DNA of 64,000 nucleotides, taken from positions 22,878,001 to 22,942,000 of the forward strand of contig OZ024753.1 of the NCBI GenBank assembly GCA_964016885.1. Direction: 5' to 3'. Below, one piece after another: positions 59,585 through 64,000 of this stretch. The translations under genes and the position numbers were made by a program. Numbering within the stretch: the first letter of the stretch is position 1; every line of letters starts with the position of its first letter. The notes under the pieces are model-generated. The model was not told the origin of the DNA. It ran no database searches and saw nothing but the letters and a program-made list of their open reading frames with translations. This DNA is from Eledone cirrhosa. Its lineage: Eukaryota.

Positions 59585-61365
59585 CTCGTCTATATATATA
59601 TATATATATATACATCCTCGTCTATATATATACATATATATACATCCTTGTCTACATATATATATATATATATATATATAGATATATATACAACTTCGTC
59701 TATATATATACATCCTCATCTCTCCCTCTCTCTATGTATATATATATACATCCTCGTCTATATATATATATATATACATCCGTGTCTATATATCTATATA
59801 TCCTTGTCTACATATCTATATATCCTTGTCTACATATATATATATATATATACATATTCTTCTACATATATATATACATACATGTCTACATATATATACA
59901 TCTTTGTCTACATATATAGATATACATCTTCGTCTACATTTATATATATATACATACATGTCTACATATATATACATACATGTCTACACATATATATACA
60001 TACATGTCTACATATATATATACATACATGTCTACATATATATACATACATGTCTACATATATATGTACATACATGTCTACATATATATATACATACATG
60101 TCTACATATATATACATACATGTCTACATATATATATACATACATGTCTACATATATATACATACATGTCTACATATATATACATACATGTCTACATATA
60201 TATACATATATGTCTACATATATATATACATACATCTCTACATATATATACATACATGTCTACATATATATACATACATGTCTACATATATATACATACA
60301 TCTCTACATATATATATACATACATGCCTACATATATATACATACATGTCTACATATATATATACATACATGCCTACATATATATACATACATCTCTACA
60401 TATATATACATACATGTCTACATATATATACATATATGTCTACATATATATATACATACATGTCTACATATATATACATACATGTCTACATATATATATA
60501 CATACATGTCTACATATATATACATACATGTCTACATATATATACATACATGTCTACATATATATATACATACATGTCTACATATATATACATACATGTC
60601 TACATATATATACATACATGTCTACATATATATATACATACATGTCTACATATATATACATACATGTCTACATATATATATATACATACATGTCTACATA
60701 TATATACATACATGTCTACATATATATACATACATGTCTACATATATATACATACATGTCTACATATATATATACATACATGTCTACATATTTATACATA
60801 CATGTCTACATATATATATATATACATACATGTCTACATATATATACATACATCTCTACATATATATACATACATGTCTACATATATATATACATACATC
60901 TCTACATATATATATACATACATGTCTACATATTTATACATACATGTCTACATATATATACATACATCTCTACATATATATACATACATGTCTACATATA
61001 TATACAAACATCTATACATATATATATACATACATGTCTACATATATATATACATACATGTCTACATATATATATACATACATGTCTACATATATATACA
61101 TCCATGTCTACATATATATACATACATGTCTACATATATATACATACATGTCTACATATATATACATACATGTCTACATATATATACATACATCTCTACA
61201 TATATATATACATACATGTCTACATATATATACATACATGTCTACATATATATATACATACATGTCTACATATATATACATACATCTCTACATATATATA
61301 TATACATGTCTACATATATATACATACATCTCTACATATATATACATACATCTCTACATATATAT
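59377..61365. repeat. TA-rich satellite grading into a homogeneous 22/24-bp minisatellite (TACATACATGTCTACATATATA)
   Basis: Directly visible; source of the YI/HTCL ORFs. Confidence 0.95.
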
Positions 61366-61476
61366 CCAACGAAGGGTAGTTTTAGTGGTTATTCTGATAA
61401 CATGGTTGTTATTTGTTATAGTGAGGTCAGAGGTGAATGTTGAAGTAGTTGTAGTTCAATGTCGGCTTTGTAATAA

Positions 61477-61654
61477 TTGTTTCTACTTTTGGCACAAGGC
61501 CAGCAATTTCCAGTGCATTACTGGTACTTTATTTTATCGACCGCGTAAGGATGAAAGACAAAGTTAACCTCTGCGGGATTTGAACTCAGATCGTAAAGGG
61601 ACGTAACTATGCTGGAAAACATGTCCGACCCTCTACCGATACTGCCAATTCACC
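61477..61654 (-). mobile_element. SINE family A
   Basis: Full copy on the minus strand. Confidence 0.92.
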
Positions 61655-61674
61655 AATATTATGAGACTTTATAG

Positions 61675-61857
61675 GGCGGTGGATTGTCAGTATCGGTAGA
61701 GGGTCGGACGCCATACTTTACAGCATAGTTACCTCCCTTTACGATCTGAGTTCAAATCCCGCCGAGGTTGACTTTGCCTTTCATCCTTACGGGATCGATA
61801 AAATAAAGTACCAGTAATGCACTGGGTAATTGCTGGCCTTGTGCCTAAAGTAGAAAC
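61675..61857 (+). mobile_element. SINE family A, full length with TSD
   Basis: Head GGCGGTGGATTGTCAGTATCGG, B box GAGTTCAAATCC; AATATTATGAGACT duplicated at 61655 and 61858. Confidence 0.93.
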
Positions 61858-62187
61858 AATATTATGAGACTGTATAATATTTTACAAGCTTTATTTACAA
61901 CCACAAAAGTTAAGCTAGGTTGACAAGTCAAGGAAGAGAACAAACAAATTAAGTGTTTTAAGAAAAGGCGCTGTGCCGGGCCAAAGGCGGCCGACAGGAC
62001 AAAGTGAAAATCTCACCGTTACATTATTGCGTGTTCACCTTTCAGATTCCAAAGCAGCAAGAGAGAGATTTTTTAATCGCCGCGGGAATTTTTCCCTCTG
62101 AGTGGAAGTCGAGATACAATCTCCTACGCTGAACTGAGCCAAACAACGTACGGAGAATGTATCCATGAGCCCTCGCAATGCAGTCAC

Positions 62188-62336
62188 TACATATATATAT
62201 CCTTGTCTATATATATATACATCATCGTCTACATATATATACATCCTTGTCTACATATATATATAAATTCTTCTCTGTATATATATACATCCTTGTCTAT
62301 ATATATATACATCCTCGTCTATATATATACATCCTC

Positions 62337-62397
<61 letters not shown>

Positions 62398-62587
62398 CTT
62401 GTCTACATATATATACATCATTGTCGATATATATATACATCCTCTTCTACATATATACATCCTTGTCTACATATATACACCCTTGTCTATATATACATCC
62501 TTGTCTATATATATATACATGTATACACATATATATATCCTTGTCTATATATATATATACATCCTTGTCTACATATATATTGATCCT

Positions 62588-62650
<63 letters not shown>

Positions 62651-62662
62651 ATATATATATAT
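62188..62662. repeat. TA-rich CATCCTYGTCTA satellite
   Basis: Same motif family as 52905-53490. Confidence 0.9.
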
Positions 62663-62739
62663 AAAGAATTAATATCTAGTAACATATATATACATACAGA
62701 TGCATATCAATGCTAGCAAATATATAGGTTTTGTCTTAG

Positions 62740-63350
62740 TAACTTTGTGGTTCAATGCATGGGGTTGCAGAACAATAATATGAGAGGCGTAAAATAAGAA
62801 AATTATAAAATTAACTTACTTACTAAAATTTCACTCCCAACTAATTAGTTTCTGAAATGGAATAAATATACTTTCCGAAGAAAATATTGAGAAGCATTTC
62901 GTCGTCAGGGAAGACTATTCTCAGCTAAGTATCCAGGCAAAGCGTGGACTCTGGAAACTTATTCAAAAATAATTCAGTGGATAGAAAATAGCCAAGCGTG
63001 GACTGAATTCCTAGTCATTGAGAAAATCACTGCCTCTGCGTCGGTGGCAAATTCAAAAAGAATCAATCACGTGACATCGAGGTCAATCAGTGGAAAGTGG
63101 TTTGTTAATAAGACAGCGGCCTGCCTGCTACCATAGCAGCAGTCTTGGCCAATATTGTTCGACAAATAATTTAACTTTGTGGTTCAATGCATGGGGTTGC
63201 AGAACAATAATATGAGAGACGTAAAATAAGAAAATTATAAAATTAACTTACTTACTAAAATTTCACTCCCATCTAATTAGTTTTTGAAATGGAATAAATA
63301 TACTTTCCGAAGAAAATATAGTAATTTTATAATTTTCCTATTTTACGTCT

Positions 63351-63352
<2 letters not shown>
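62740..63352 (-). mobile_element. Retrozyme-like element: 432-nt monomer + 148-nt direct repeat + short inverted arm
   Basis: 62740-62887 repeats at 63172-63319. 63322-63352 is the reverse complement of about 63214-63245. Hammerhead on the minus strand; no ORF. Confidence 0.78.
62834..62913 (-). ncRNA. Type I hammerhead motif
   Basis: Minus strand CTTCC-CTGACGA-C-GAAATG...CATTTC-A-GAAA-CTAATTAG-TT-GGGAG: 5-bp stem I, 6-bp-plus stem II, palindromic ACTAATTAGT. Confidence 0.72.
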
Positions 63353-63409
<57 letters not shown>

Positions 63410-63412
<3 letters not shown>

Positions 63413-64000
63413 TCTTTTATTTGCCACCAGGGCATCAAAAGTGGGACAAGTACAATGGGGGGAGTTTACAAAACAAGGCGTCCTCAATAAGGAGGAGGCA
63501 ATAACAATATATAAAAATAAAATAAAATATAACAAAAAATAAAATTTATAACAAAGTCCTCAATAGAGAGGAGGCGCCTTGGGGGGTCGCACACACCCCC
63601 GAAAAAAGTGTGAAACCCTTCTCCTCAGGAGCACAGAGTAGGGGTGCTCCCTTGGTCATTCATCTTCCTCACCTATAGTCTGATGTAGAGTGAAGGCCCA
63701 TTCACACGGGCCATTCTCGCCACTTTCACGCATCTTTCATAGAAACGACTGGGGTGGAGCACCTCTCTCTCCATCCTGATCCTTCTTCCGAAATGATATC
63801 TGAAGAAACGGACCAGTTGTTGGCCAGAGAGAAAGGTGTCTGACCTCAGTCCTTTCAGACGCGTCCACCATACAACCACTTTCGCCATGGCTATTACGCA
63901 CAGAAACACCGCCTCTCCTTCGTTTTTGAAGAGGGGAGGCGGCTTGATCGTTACAATAGACTCGGTGGTCAACCGGATCGGTCCCACCCTTGACATCAGT
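63410..64000 (-). mobile_element. 3' end of another Tx1/L1-type LINE copy, continuing past the window
   Basis: Intact ORF2 C-terminus (…VVWWTRLKGLRSDTF…GPSLYIRL*) and the same 3' UTR, ending at (AT)n. Confidence 0.95.

Noticed and set aside
61675-61760. tRNA gene
   Set aside because: A/B-box-like motifs belong to the SINE head; no complete cloverleaf.
61880-62188. Possible 3' end of another LINE
   Set aside because: No recognisable protein motif by eye; needs a repeat-library search.
52602-62716. YI-rich ORFs up to 701 aa
   Set aside because: Translations of (TA)n satellites.

Overview
Eukaryotic, repeat-dominated window with no convincing host gene. The tRNA-derived SINE family and microsatellite load look like an octopus/cephalopod genome (inference). 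Bases 1-~29,860 are one G/T-rich tandem array of a 39-bp unit with higher-order duplications; its minus strand is open in all three frames (Thr/Asn, Pro, His 13-mers). Bases ~30-64 kb are AT-rich and hold: a near full-length Tx1/L1-type LINE (ORF1 with zinc knuckle, ORF2 APE-RT) plus three partial copies; an R4/Dong 3' fragment; about ten SINE copies; and many micro/minisatellites. The main unannotated signal is a cluster of Penelope-type hammerhead ribozyme motifs (about 10 between 41.8 and 62.9 kb). Several sit in elements sharing one architecture: a long arm with a 3' tail plus an inverted arm lacking the tail, inserted in or near (TA)n. One element retains the end of a GIY-YIG ORF. Two are non-coding, terminally redundant ~430-nt monomers that resemble non-LTR retrozymes. 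All ribozyme folds were read by eye and none is shown to be active.
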